The notes below the pieces were generated by a model. The model did no database searches and was not told where the DNA came from. It worked only from the letters and a program-made list of their open reading frames with translations. This document shows, one piece after another, positions 1 through 12,804 of a stretch of DNA of 64,000 bases (position 1 is the first letter of the stretch; every line of letters starts with the position of its first letter). Position numbers and translations under genes: made by a program. This stretch comes from Podarcis bocagei (lineage: Eukaryota), in the NCBI GenBank assembly GCA_964188305.1, contig OZ076892.1, one strand, 5' to 3'.

Positions 1-450
1 AAGATCATTAGGAATGTCCCAAGACAGCATCCACCAGAACCTGGTGGGAAAAACAACAACTACACTGATAAGCTTAAATGTAGCCTTACAATACTGTTAA
101 GACAGGTTGATAAAATATTTTTGCTTAACAGCTATGCAAAAACAACCCCAAGGTTTCTGTGGGTAGGTTTAAACATACAGGCATAAATATTGGGGAGCAG
201 GACAAGAAAATGCTTTTAAATGACCACCGCGGAAGAAAACTGCTCTTTCTCGCAAGAAGGACCGCTGCTGTGGATAACACACAATGTGTTAAAATGAAGG
301 GCAGTTTCTTCAAAGTCCCTCCTCTGGAATCTGAGCTCTAAGCAGAGGCATCCCAATGAAATCCTCAGCTAGTCCAACTCCTGTTTGCTTCCCTGGGGCT
401 CCTAGTTTGCTCTGGACAGAGCCAGACAGGCCACAGCAAAGGCTATTCTA

Positions 451-452
<2 letters not shown>

Positions 453-524
<72 letters not shown>
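453..524. repeat. Compound microsatellite (AC)n-(AG)n
   Basis: AC run at 453-483 directly followed by an AG run to ~524. Confidence 0.97.
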
Positions 525-528
<4 letters not shown>

Positions 529-726
529 AAGCCAAAAGCTTTCAGTAGGGAAGAGGAAAAATGCCTTTGCGCTGTAGGGTTTACAGAAGCTCCTTTTTAG
601 AACAACAAGAACTATCATTGTAAATAGTTCTTCTTTGTAAATAGGCCCTTCATCCTCTCTGTTTGTTCTGCACCAATACGTACTGGATACTGCAGAATTT
701 GGGGGTCCTTTGGGAATGATACTATT

Positions 727-1146
727 TAGGGATGAGGGAGAGACTTAGTTCAGCTCACATTGTAATGCGAATCTGCCTAATTTGCACTTGGGGAACAATA
801 GGTGAACCAAAACAGGAAAGTCACACTTACCAAAGTCCCTAACCAAAAGTTGTGCAGAAAAATTTGTGTCCTTGGGGAAGGTGTGCATAAGAATGCATAT
901 ACTCATGGAAATAACATATAATATGCATTAAATAAGAAGATAAATAATGTATACAGTATACATTAGGCAAAATTACATACAAATCTGTAGGAAAAATGCA
1001 TTCTAAACTCCTGATGAATTTGCAAGATGATTTTTTTTTCCTTAAAAAGAATTGCAAATTGATGTGGAAATGGGGCAATTTGAAATTAAGATGGGGAAAA
1101 ACGATAAACTGAGGGAATCTGAAATGGGCGGATTTGTCCATTCCTG
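727..1146 (+). mobile_element. Non-autonomous hAT-like element, TAGGGATG-ended family, copy 1
   Basis: Starts TAGGGATG and ends in degenerate TCCATTCCTG. Shares internal blocks (TTAGGCAAAATT(A/G)CATA(C/T)AAA; GATGTGGAA) with 10298-10733 and 48005-48412. No clean TSD. Confidence 0.75.
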
Positions 1147-3042
1147 ATCACGTTATTATTAATATTTTGTTCCCCTTTTAAATGTTCTAGTTATATTCTT
1201 AAATTAATTGTAGTCCTTTTTTAAAAAAAATGGTAGACTACTAATTGCTTTAAGGCACATTTGTTGCATTTTTCACTGCTGAATTTCAGTTATATTTTGG
1301 AAATTAAAAATGTATTTGCAACTATATATTTATATATATATATTCCTTAAGTATTAACAGTCTCAAAAATGTTGAGAAGAGCAGTGAAATGGTGAGAAAT
1401 GAATTGTGGCTTGAAGAAACTATTGTAAAGAACTCTCATCAGGTTTCAAAATAAATTTCAGTTTGTTCTAAGATGATTCCCTTAGAATGATTTTCTGTTT
1501 TGAAAATATAATAACCAAACTCTGAAACTTACAGAAATATTCCATACTCTAATTATTATTCGGAAAGAGCTAATTTATGTAGTGTTTGAGTTTTCAGGGT
1601 TGGAGAGAATCAGTAGCCTCTTCTGACTCAAAATGACATCAGTGGGACTATTGTAATGAAATCCCCATCTGTTTCCGTTATTAATGCCTTATTGGCAGGT
1701 TAGTAATGCAGCTCCTCAGTCAGCTCCCAGGTTGAAACTAAGCGTGCAACTGGGTTGCGGTTTAATTTTTGTTTAACAACTGAGTGGTTATAATAATCCC
1801 ATAGTTGCATTAAAAAATAGTTGTTGTTTTTTTAAAAAAGAAAAACCTTTCTGACGTTAGGATTTCCACATTAAGATTAACCACTTTTATTTTTTCTTAA
1901 GCATGGGAGAAATTTGCTTTTAAAAACTAGACATGGACTTTAATTACTATTATTTTTGAAGAGGTTATAAATTCAATATGTAAAAATGTGGTTTCCTTTT
2001 ATATTTGCCACTCTGAAATCTCAGCTAAATCTTTTTCCACTTTGGGGGAAGATAGTTTAATAGTTTTCATTTGTGCATGCTGTTGCTGTTATTGCTATTC
2101 CATTATTGTCGTTGACAAAAATAACAATATTATTATTAACAGAAAGCAAATATTTTAATAGGCATCCAGAGGTTAAAATTATATATCTTTCAACTGTGGA
2201 TGCTTTGACTCTTAGGAAAGTCATTTTAAAAAATAAATAAAAATGTCTTGTTTAATTGCTTGTCAAGTTCTGGTTCATTTTTGGCCCTTCAGCTGCATGT
2301 TTGGGCTTACAAATGGTTTTTTTAGTACCTGCTTTCCCCCACTCCACCCCACCCTCTGCGGTCGGTCTCTCTCTCTCTCTCTCTCCATCCTCAGAACGGC
2401 TAAATTCTAAATCCCCTCCGCTTGCTACTATGCCGCTTTTCCCGTTTAATTTTGCATTCATTGCGGCTGTATGGAGAGTGCAGTTTTTTAGCCTCCTTTT
2501 GCCCCTTTCCTTTCATTTGAAGATTAAAGGCGAATGCTGAAATATATCAAAAATAAATAAGGTGCTGCAAAGCTCATTCATCACCATCCCTGGTTTGCTG
2601 GCTCTTTGTTTCTGTTTCATGCTGTGTGCTTTACATTACATTTCACAAGCTTCTTTTCCTCCCTCTCGCCCTCTTCTGCAGTTTGTTAAAACCTGAGTAT
2701 TTTCATAGGACTTGCAAACACATTTGTGTACAGGGAACGCTGCCCTTTGGGGTGTCCTGGGACGAGAGCAGATTCTTTTTGGCCTAACCCTGAACACTGT
2801 TTTGACTGTTCAATCAAAAATGCAATTGTTCTGCAGCCAAAAAAGCCGCTTTATGTCTGGAACCAGGCATGAGAATTCCTGGTGGCAAAGCAGTCCAGGT
2901 CAGAAGAGAGCATCAAAGTGGGGCCAGAAGACTGCTGTGGTTAAAAGCAAAAGGTCCAGCGGCAGCGGCTGCCTCCCCACCCACAAATCCACACACAGGC
3001 TGGCAGGAGGAGATGGGTTTGCTACTATAGCATGATGTAATG

Positions 3043-3291
3043 CAGGGGTAGGCAAACTAAGGCCCCTGGGCCAGATCTGGCCCAATTGCCTTCTAAATCC
3101 AGCCCGCGGACAGTCCGGGAATCAGCGTGTTTTTACATGAGTAGAATGTGTCCTTTTATTTAAAATGCACCTCTGGGTTATTTGTGGGGCATAGGAATTC
3201 GTTCATTTCCCCCCCAAAATATAGTCTGGCTCACCACATGGTCCGAGGGATGGTGGACTGGCCCATGGCAGAAAAAGGTTGCTGACCCCTG
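3043..3291. mobile_element. hAT (Charlie-like) MITE
   Basis: TIRs CAGGGGTAGGCAAACT / AGGTTGCTGACCCCTG. Perfect 8-bp TSD ATGTAATG at 3035-3042 and 3292-3299. Confidence 0.93.
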
Positions 3292-3443
3292 ATGTAATGG
3301 GAACCGAGTCGAATTAGGACACTACAAAGGCCTAGCAAATTTGCCCATAGGTAATCCATGGTTTTGTCTGCATTGTGTTCAAGTTGCATGAGTGAGGAAG
3401 AGGGACCCTTGCCTCGTGGGGGGCCCTTTTGCAATTAAAACTG

Positions 3444-3685
3444 CTGTGGTACCTCGGGTTACATACACTTCAGGTTACATACGCTTCGGGTTATAGACTC
3501 CGCTAACCCAGAAATAGTACATCGGGTTGAGAACTTTGCTTCAGGATGAGAACAGAAATCGTGCAGCAGCGGCGCGTCAGCAGCAGAAGGCCCCATTAGC
3601 TAAAGTGATGCTTCAGGTTAAGAACAGTTTCAGGTTAAGAATGGACCTCCAGAAAGAATTAATTACGTAACCAGAGGTACCACTG
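3444..3685. mobile_element. Tc1/mariner (Tigger/pogo-like) MITE
   Basis: TIRs CTGTGGTACCTCGGGTTAC / GTAACCAGAGGTACCACTG. TA follows the right end; the left flank reads TG. Internal repeated (C)TTCAGGTTA motifs. Confidence 0.88.
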
Positions 3686-3999
3686 TACTCTCTCTAACTA
3701 AGAGCTTTTCTGCAGCAAAGGAATTGACTGTTTCTCCTCCTATTTTATTCAAAACCTTTGTTTTTGCTTTAGTCCCCCCTGTCCTTCTGCTGCTGTTCTG
3801 TCCACTGGAGTTCTCCATGGCATTCTCACATAGTTGTTCCCCATCCCTTGGGTGGCAGTGGAGTTCCTTTTCTGGAGTGGTTAGACTAGTGCCCTTCTTG
3901 CTGTCTTTCCTCTTGCAAGCAGACAGGACTTTGAAAAATAGGGGCAGACGATGCTGGCCACTGGGCCACTGTCAGGGCAAGCAGTATTTTAACGCTGGT

Positions 4000-4150
4000 T
4001 TCAGTGTTGTTTATTGTATTTCAACTATTGCTTTTAACTAGCTTTTTTATTAGTACTTTGTGCTTTAAAATGATGTTTTAAAAATGTTGTAAGCCACCTT
4101 GAATACCGACTTGGGGGAAAGGAGGAATATAAATACATTGAATAAGAATC
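4000..4150 (+). mobile_element. L2-type LINE 3' tail fragment
   Basis: T-rich tract, then TGTAAGCCACCTTGA...GAAAGGAGGAATATAAAT and an AATAA tail, typical of squamate L2 3' ends. Confidence 0.65.
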
Positions 4151-6455
4151 GTAATCATAATTTTGCAATTTCTCAAGAGCCGAAGACGGCACATGGATGG
4201 AGGCGGGAACACCTTGATGTACCTGAGAAGTTAGTTCAAGCGGCAGCCCTGTCAGCCACACCTGGTTCTGCAGTGGGAACTGGCTTCTAAATCCATCTCG
4301 AATTGGTTTCTGGGGGTGGGGGAAGAACTGATTTGCGGTCTTTGCTTTATTGCATGACTTGGCTAGGTTTTCATCTAGCTATCTCAATGCAGACCATATT
4401 TTAGCAAATGGAAATTGCTACATGCACCCATTCTACATATTACAGCCTGCAATCATATAAAGGAATGACAGGGAAGATGTCAAACCCCAGCTTTATAGCA
4501 GGATGTAGCAAAAGTAGATTTTTTTTGTCTTGAAAACACCACTAAAAAAACCAGAGCAAACCAACCTCCCTGCAGATGAATGGCTTTGTGTTGCACAGTG
4601 GCAGAGAAATGGTTAAATTATGCACTAGTTGGCGTCTGAAAGCCGTCTGTCCTCCTCCTTTGCTGACTGAGAGGTTGACCAGTGTCAAGCCAGCCTGATG
4701 TGTTCAGCATACCTTCATTGCATCATAAATAAAGCAGACGAATTACTTTTTCTTCCTAGGGTGGAATAAGCACTAGGATGGGGAGAGATGGGGACTGGGG
4801 GTGCCTGCCTGATGATTTGGAGGGGGGGCTAAGAATTAGGGGGAAAGGGAGGGAGAAAGAGGCGAGCGAGCTTTGCAACTGCTCTATGAATCTCTGGATG
4901 GCAGCTGAGAACAATGGGGGGAAGCAAGCAATTACCTCCAATCCTTTCCCTTATCCAGGCGCAGAAAATATATTCCTGCCTGAGATCCCCCCCCTTTTTA
5001 TATCTCTAATTCAATTCTTAGAGGAAGGCGAGGGAAGATATAACAAAGGGAGGGGGGTGCTTCTGTCAACCAGGCCGATTCGCAATTGCAGGACCCAACT
5101 CTCTCTGCCTTCGTGAACAATCTCTCGGATCCTGTGCGCTGGGAGGCTTCGGAGGGAACCTCTGAAAGGTGTTCCTTCCCCCCAAACTCTTTCGCAAATC
5201 CTCGCAGACGCTGAATTGTTAGCCTGTTCTTTCGCCTCCAGGAGTCAATTCCAATGTGTAAACACAGAGCCCTCCATATCACATCCTCTGGACTGCAGCA
5301 ATTAATGGCCTTTCGCTAATGGCTTTTTAGCCTGAGGAGGTCCAATCTAGAGAGAGTTTGCTGCTGAATTTCCCCCTCCCCTTCAATAATCCATACATGT
5401 TGTCCCATGTGGACATGAAGATGCACGGGAGCACTTTTGCAAGTGATGCTGCAGTGAACTCTTTTTGGTTTGGAATGCGTTGCTTCTCTATGCTCCCATA
5501 GTGTGGTTAGCAGAAGTGGGTGAGGACCATTTGAAAAAAGAAGGCGCAGCCGAGGAGCGAACAGAGCTTTTCCATTCGGTTTGCAGACCTGCAAGAGGCA
5601 AAATCTCTGTTATGCCAAAATGGCTCAATCCATGTTCGAACCATCCCATGCCCCTAGGTAGGCTGGCTGGTTGGCAGGATTGCACCCCAGTCACCCTCTT
5701 GCGGAGGACCAGATTTGTCCCCAGGCAATCATTCCATTCATGGCTCCTTTGTGAGGGAGCAGGGCTGGCGCAGCACCCACATGTCAACATAGGGCCCTCT
5801 TCCATGGCGAGATGATTTCCTCTGCCTTTTACTGGGAAAGAGCATCCCTGGAGGGTCGCACAAACTGTGGTGTGTGTTGGGGGGCTATAAATACAAATAA
5901 CACATGAATAAATAAAAATACTCAAGCCGCTGGTGTCCTTTGTTTATTCGAAACACTTAGCCGGGATCTGTTGGGGGCGGGTGGGCTGAAAGCTGCACGG
6001 TTTTAGAGCTATGAAGCAATGGGTGAAATGAAGATTGATGAACACATGCTCACACGGCAGACTTCTTGGCTATTTCTGTGCATTAATGCTAAAAAAGGAA
6101 GAGGCCGTTTCTTTCTGATACGTTTTTGCAATATTTATTTATTTATTGCCTCCCCCCCCCCCACATGCCTCATGGTGGTGTACAAAATGCAATAAAGGCA
6201 GCTCCCAACATTTTGGGTATAAGCAACTCAGTGAGCCTCCAGTCCGTAGAGGGCAGGGTTGAGACCAACAGATAGGGAAGACACCTAAGCTCCACCCTTC
6301 CTTGTGCTAGCTCTATTTCTTTATCCTCTTATTTGCATGAAGATGCTGTGAAGGTAGCGCTAGTCATGTCGCATAGAATTCCAACCTTGTGAATATAAAA
6401 TAACTAGCTTTTTCTTTACGAGTGGGACTCCTGAGTATTTTAGTCTACCTGTTGT

Positions 6456-6777
6456 CAGTGGTGTAGCATCAGTTGCCGGCATCCGGGGTGGGCATGCATG
6501 CACTGGGCTAAGGGGCATGTGTGCCAGGCAGGGAGGGGCTAGCCCTCGCTGCTGGAGTGACTCTACCCCCACCGAATCAAAGTGGGGCCACACTGAGTTG
6601 TCTGCCTGCCTGCCCACGCAGGGGGGAGCCCGGCTGGCAAACACAGCCCTTGGTGGGTGGAAAGGAGCACTGGGCCAGGCCATGCTGGGGGCACCTGGGG
6701 GGCACCTGTTTTGTGCCTCCTGAGAAACAATGTGCCTGGGACCATGGCCCACTGGCACTCCCCATGTTATGTTCCCG
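6456..6777. mobile_element. hAT (Tip100-like) GC-rich MITE, CAGTGGCGTAGCA family
   Basis: Left TIR CAGTGGTGTAGCAT; degenerate right end CATGTTATGTTCCCG. TSD CCTGTTGT / CCTGTAGT (7/8). Ends resemble those of 20905-21193. Confidence 0.75.
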
Positions 6778-6814
6778 CCTGTAGTATCTCAACAGGATGG
6801 GCAGACACACTTTT

Positions 6815-6975
6815 AAAAGCCCTGGCCTGAGTTGCTGCAGAGTGGCCTCCTGAGATCTTTGGAACCTGCAGGAGAAACTCCTGAAGACCTCAGCGACCTA
6901 CTGGAATTATAAGGGATAAGACAGCCTCTCCAGTAACTTGGTCTGGAGCTGAATAGAGTCTTAGGTCTTGTCCAC
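6815..6975 (-). mobile_element. L2 LINE ORF2 C-terminal fragment (decayed)
   Basis: Minus-strand translation RPSYWRGCLIPYNSSRSLRSSG resembles the L2 ORF2 motif GPxYLxxxLxPYxPxRxLRSS. Confidence 0.6.
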
Positions 6976-7254
6976 ACTTGCCTTTCCTCTGCGCCTTCCA
7001 TGCGTGGTCCATGCTTGAAAGCTCCATGTCTAAGCGCTCCTCTTTTTCCTTCTTCATTTTTTTTTTTTTGTCTGGAGCTTTGCTTGTGAAAACTCACTCT
7101 TTGAAGCTGAATTGGAGCAAATGGCAATCCACAGAAAACCCAAACTGCTGTTTGTATCTCTTTAGCTTTAAAGAATGAGCTTTCACAGGAAAAAAAGAGT
7201 GCTCAAACCCAGAGCTTTAAGTGTGGAACTGTGCCTGGGAAGAGCGGGGCAAAA

Positions 7255-7415
7255 CAGAAGTGCAGATAAACCCTTATATGATAGTAGTAAAAGTTTGAAC
7301 TTGGTCTGGGAGCAGATGGGCGGACAGTGCAAATCCTGCAAGCAGGGTGTTATATGCTGCTGGGAGTCTCCTCCCACAAGCAACCTAGCCACCGTGTTCT
7401 GCACCAGCTGCAGTT
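7255..7415 (-). mobile_element. L2 LINE ORF2 fragment (decayed)
   Basis: Track ORF 7183..7404(-) reads QNTVARLLVG...HITPCLQDLHCPPICSQTKFKLLLLSYKGL, matching the L2 ORF2 signature LQLVQNAAARLL...HITPxLxxLHWLP...FKxLxLxYKAL. Confidence 0.8.
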
Positions 7416-7630
7416 TTTTCTATGCATTTTGAAATCGGAATTCTTTGATTCAGAGCACACCAGAAACCCTCCACCGCTATCCCTGACCATGGTGTGCCAC
7501 GGCCCTTTTCACCCACACAAAGTATCTGCTTGCTCCTGGAACCGGGAAGGGAATTGCATGGCCTCGGCCCGACTGGCTCCCTTTCCAGGATCTTCTTATT
7601 GATTCTTGTGCTCCCAAGAGTTGTGGACAA

Positions 7631-7774
7631 CAGCAGGAGCGGCCAAAGTTCTGCCTTCCATATGTTGCTGGACCAGAACTCCACCATCCCTCACTCTTGG
7701 CCACGTTGCCTTGGGCTGATGGGTGCCAGAGTCCAACAACATTCGAAGGAAGATGCCACGGTTGGGACACACTG
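7631..7774. mobile_element. Short palindromic hAT-type MITE (degenerate)
   Basis: TGTTGCTGGACCAGAACTCCACCATCCC...GGGCTGATGGGTGCCAGAGTCCAACAACA fold-back structure, like the 14658/35042/63453 family. Confidence 0.55.
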
Positions 7775-8619
7775 GTCTAAAGCTCCTTAAATCATCTGGA
7801 TTTACAGAAACTTGTTTTATGGGCTTTTAAAAAATATAAACATATCACTGGCTCTAAAATATCTTGCAATCAAAGTCATGAGGATGTAAATATTGTTTTT
7901 CTCTAGTTGTACTTTTTGAGATGGAGCAAAGAGAATAAGAGCATTACAGGGAATTTAGAGAAGGCTTTGGGTATTAAATCCTCACCTCTTCTGTGAGATA
8001 ACATAGTTCTGTAAATCTGCACAAGACCTTTGTTTAAACTCCCCCTGCAGGGTGAGGAGGAGGAGGGTGCCTGTATCCCCCTCCCCACCCGCCCTGCACG
8101 CCTGATGCTCACTGGCTCTGCTTTACATAATACTCACCTGCATCACTGATATTAACCCTGATGTGATGGCATTATGATTGCTATTTACAGTGTGAGGCTG
8201 GTTATGGTAATCTTGAAAAGGATTAATAAAATAAATTAAATGATAGAGATATTAATGCTGTTGCCCAAAAGCAACAATACTTGACAGCCGACAAAAAGGA
8301 ACCTTGGCGTTAGTAGACCTGGAAAGAGAAAGTGAGAAGGGGGGGGGGGGGTAAGAATCCCTGGTACTTCAGTCCAATCTGCCTGAAACTGCAGAGTGCT
8401 TCTCCCTCCACCATCTTTTTCCCTTTCATGTTCTATATCCATCCTCTGAGCTGCTTAAAATGTACTGGGTAAGCTGTACACGAGTGGTGGGGAAACTCAG
8501 GCCAGGTGGGAGGGGGGCTGAATGTGGACGATACCGGCATAGACAGCTGCTACTAGTGGACAGTGTGCCAATTACGCCATTTTCTGGGGAGGCAAAGAGC
8601 TGAACAGGATGCCCATCTT

Positions 8620-8728
8620 GACCACATTGAGGGCTCCCTGGAGGCCCCCAGTTGGCCATGGGAGGCAGCAGGATAGTTCAGGGCCATGTGGACCTTTCGG
8701 GACTGATCCAGCACAGCTCTGTTGCTTA
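8620..8728 (+). mobile_element. CR1/L3-type 3' end remnant
   Basis: GTTGGCCA...CAGGAT...GGACCTTT..CTGATCCAGCACAGCTCT resembles the 12805-12908 copy and reptile CR1/L3 3' UTRs. Confidence 0.45.
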
Positions 8729-9784
8729 GGGTGGTAAATCCAGCCCGGCTGCTTTGCTCTTTCGGTGGATTTAGCACCTGAGTTCCAGAATTCCATCTGG
8801 AATACACATGGAAGCAAAGGGAGGGTGAGCTGAATCTGAGCCAAGGATTTGGAGGGACCCCAATTTAAGCAGATCACAATCTGCGCAAATAGTTCACCCA
8901 ATAATTGTCCAAATAGCGAGATAACAGAATACAGTATGTAAATGGACAAGGGGAAAAACAATCCCAACTGGAGAAGGTGAGCCATATGTGGCAGAGGCCA
9001 AAAAGGGGGGGTCCTTGTTTCTTTTCCTTATTCCCCCTCATGTTCCTTCCCTCCTTCTCCCGCCAGCTGGTTGCAGCTGGCCATCGGCTTGAGTTTCTCA
9101 CAGGGAGACCGAAAAGGAGGCTGTAAATGAAGCAGCAACACACACCTGGAAAGACTCATGTGGCCTCCTTGACCTCAGGGCTGGATGTGGAATTGGGGCA
9201 TGTCTGGAGGGCGCAGGAAGGAGTGTGGGAAAAGGTGCAGGGAGAGTCACAGGTGTTGGGAGGAGGAGGAGGAGGCCAAAGGCAGCCACCAGGGCTGGAT
9301 CACTGCTTTTGCAACTGCCTAATTGGAAACAAACAACCACACAAAATCAAGCTGTCTTGGGCTCTCCAAGTTTGTTCAGGTGCCTGAAGAATAGAGCTAA
9401 AATAAAATGCACATCTTAAGGACACTGGCAGCTGCCTTAGACCACGTTAAACCATTGCTAGCTCAGAACTACACTAAAGGTGCACTGAGCCAGAGTTATG
9501 AAGGTGGCAAGCCAAGGCAAGGAGCAGTTGGAGGACTGTGAGTGAGAGTGGGGGACATGTTCTGGTTGATCCTGGCAAGCCCTGAGTTCTGCTCACCCTT
9601 TTGCCCTCAACGTCAGCTCAACCAGAGAGAGAAAACTGAGCCCCCCCCCCCAAGGTGCAGAACATGCTTGATAAAAAGGCAAATGACCTGCCAGTGGAGC
9701 AAGCAAGGCAGACCAGGAACTCAGGCTCCCAAAGCAGGCAGAGATGGGGCAGCTCTTTTTCCTTCTTGCCACAAGGCCGTAGGT

Positions 9785-10126
9785 CATAGGCGCCGACTCC
9801 ATGGGGCCTGAGGGGGCCCGAGCCCCCTCAAAAATTCGTTTGGGGGGCTCTGCCCCCCCAATAATCTCGGGCGCCCCTCCAGCAGAGCGCCACAGCCACC
9901 CCTTCCCCAGCCCAAAATGCACAGGGTCGGGCTGCATGCCTCCTGCCCTCCCTCCCAAGCAAAAGCTCCACCCAATTTCCTTTGGAGCTGATTAATAGGC
10001 GCAGCACGCTCTCCCCTATTCGCTCATGAGGAGGCGGCGCCACTTTATCTGCATATTCATGAGCTTATTTATTATTCATGAGCTTTCGCGGGCTCCCCCA
10101 ATGTTTTTTATAAGTCGGCGCCCCTG
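9785..10126. mobile_element. hAT (Tip100-like) MITE, young
   Basis: TIRs CATAGGCGCCGACT / AGTCGGCGCCCCTG. Perfect 8-bp TSD CCGTAGGT at 9777-9784 and 10127-10134. CpGs retained. Confidence 0.93.
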
Positions 10127-10297
10127 CCGTAGGTTTTCCTATCCAGGCTGCTTGAACAGTAGTTGTGATGCAATGGCAAAAGGGAATGCCAGGGAAACTT
10201 AGCTGAAATTCAGATTTTTTTAAAGATGCTGTCTAAAGCCCTTCAGCAAGTTCCTTCTGGGCTAAATTAACACAGAGAAGCTGTGGGATTTCAGACA

Positions 10298-10733
10298 TAG
10301 GGATGGGGAAGAAATGTGACTGGGTTCATATTTAGAGTTGAACCTAGATAACTTTCTGAAAGAAGGAACAAACTGAAACACAAAATTCCATTGAATTTCA
10401 CACTTCTCTGCTCTTCGCAATGCAGTTCTCTAGCCAAGTAAAATGTATAAAAATGCATATTCTTGTGTAACATGCATCAAAATAATTGTATTAATGAAAA
10501 CATACAAAAATGTACTATATTGGGGGAAACTGCTTTCCCCCAAAATGAGCATATTAGGCAAAATTGCATATAAAAATGTGTGTATTAGGAAAAATTCACA
10601 CTAAAATGCTGATGAATTTTTGGGAGGAGGGTTTTTTAAATTAAAAAACCACAAACTGATGTGGAATTGTAGAGAACTGAACGTAAGATTGTAAAAATGA
10701 GAAGCTCAGAGAACCAAAATGGCCAGATCCCTA
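10298..10733 (+). mobile_element. Non-autonomous hAT-like element, TAGGGATG-ended family, copy 2
   Basis: Termini TAGGGATG...GATCCCTA. Internal similarity to 727-1146 and 48005-48412. Confidence 0.8.
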
Positions 10734-10955
10734 ATCTGGAGTTTTCCCCAGTCTACGTGGGCTGTGGTCTCTCTAGACACATGCTCATAGTCTCCTATGT
10801 GTCAGGCAGGGAATGCCTCTCCCCACATTCATTTAGCCCACCTCAAAGGCCTTGGTTGGGGACTGTTTATACCTTTCTTACTTCATTCTGCAGCAGGAAG
10901 ATGGCATTCCTGCACTGTGAATTTCCATGCTAATGTGATTCTGTCATGGTTCACA

Positions 10956-11144
10956 TAGAGGCGGAGCTAGCTGCTCCGGCACCCGGAGCGGCACACATGC
11001 TGTGCACCTGGGGGCGGGGCAAGCTGCCCGTGGGGGCGGCACAAGCATCCCAGGGGGGCAGTGCAGGGATGTCACACCCCCACCCACCCTCGATGACACC
11101 CGGGGAGGACCGCACCTACTGCACCCCCCCTTCCTCCGCCAGTG
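10956..11144. mobile_element. hAT (Tip100-like) GC-rich MITE
   Basis: TIRs TAGAGGCGGAG / CTCCGCCAGTG. Perfect 8-bp TSD GGTTCACA at 10948-10955 and 11145-11152. Confidence 0.9.
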
Positions 11145-12804
11145 GGTTCACAAACTGAGTTGTGGTTTATGCTAACTGTGGTAAGTTCAAGCAAGTCAGC
11201 TTCGTAACTGATGGTATTTGGTGATATACCCAGTCCCAGTGCATGTGATTCTGGAGCCCATGCTCCACTAAAAAGGAAAGTAAAAAGTTCCCAAGTTCTG
11301 GGGGTGGGTGAATGTGCTAGCCTGATGCTTGCTGCAGCTTGTACATATCTCAATAAACCATGGTTCATATGTAAATGCAGCTTAGCATTATTATAACGTC
11401 CCGTGTGTTGGATAAATCTAAGTACCGTCAGTCACCTGATGACATGATGGTATAGTCCTCACCGCATCTGATTTCTGGTCTGTACCATGGCATTTGCCTA
11501 AACAGATTTCATCAGAACCTGCTAACGAAATACAGAGTGGTGTTGCTTTTTTGTGCAGAATGAACATAGGTGAATAATGATATGTTTTTCCAAAAGGATA
11601 ATGTTCCAAAAAGGCAGACTGATAATGAAGGTGAATTCTAGAAGAGTAGCTGGCTTAGTGACAACACAATTAGTTCTGGAGCATCTTAAAGACTCACAAG
11701 TTTATTTCAGCTGGAGGCTGCTTAACCCATCAAATATGCCACTTGCTGCCATCAATGCCCTTCCCCCATGGGCACAGGGAAGCATGGAAAACTATAAAGG
11801 AGCTGGGCATTAGAAAATGGAAACATATGGAAACCTTGGAGTGTGTGTGTGTGTGAAGTATACTGGTCTTCCAGGACATTCTGTCTCTGACCTTAAGACT
11901 TTAATATAGGTGGGCAAAAATTCAAGAGAGAGTTTGAACAAGCAGCTGTGGCAGGGGAATTCGCAAACAAATTGGACACTGTGCTTCATGGTTTAAAGGA
12001 CTATAGATGGTGCTCTCATTACCAGAAAAAACCTCTTCCATTTGGAGTAGCCCAACAGTGTTTTGTAGCCATGGTTTGATGCAGTAACACCTTATTCCCT
12101 GCTTTTATGTCTCACACTTCCATGATCAGGAAATGTTCTTTGCATTTCTGCTGCCCCTGCCTCTTGCCTTGTTAATGTGGCTTTTATGCTCCTGTACACC
12201 TCAAGGCACATCTACCTGCTGCCCCTGTCATGCCTCTGATTTAGCAGGCCCTCCTCACTCTCTCAAGCTCGAAAGCTTGTTTCCCAATAAACAAATTAGC
12301 CTTTAAGCCTGAGATCCAGCAGGGCCCTTTATCTTTTTCACAATAAGGAGGGCAACCCATTGTTGATTTCTCAATGTGTGTGCAAATCAATTCTGGGCAA
12401 AAGCAATACTTGTTAAATTGCTAAATACAATGTAGACCTGACATGAACTTGCAACACAAGAGAAGTGTGGAGGAGAGTTCTGGTTCCCTCCTTTTTAATG
12501 CAACTCGGATGTTTGCTAGTCCCTTTAGCAGAGCAAAGGAAGCCACAAGAAAATCGGAAGAGGAGGAGGAATTAAATTATAACTGAAAACAACCTTGCCA
12601 AATTACACAGGTATGGGGGGGGGGGGAGAAATTGTGCGGGCTGACAAGTTGTTGCATATGGCCAATAGTTTGGCTTTAGTTAGGAAAGAGTGGCCTGGCA
12701 GAAGCCAGGGTGTTACACGCAGTGAGACAAGAATGGCCAGGTTGTCCATCTCTCCTGGAGGATGTTGGTTTCATAAGAGAAGATCCAATGTTCATTTCTC
12801 ATCT

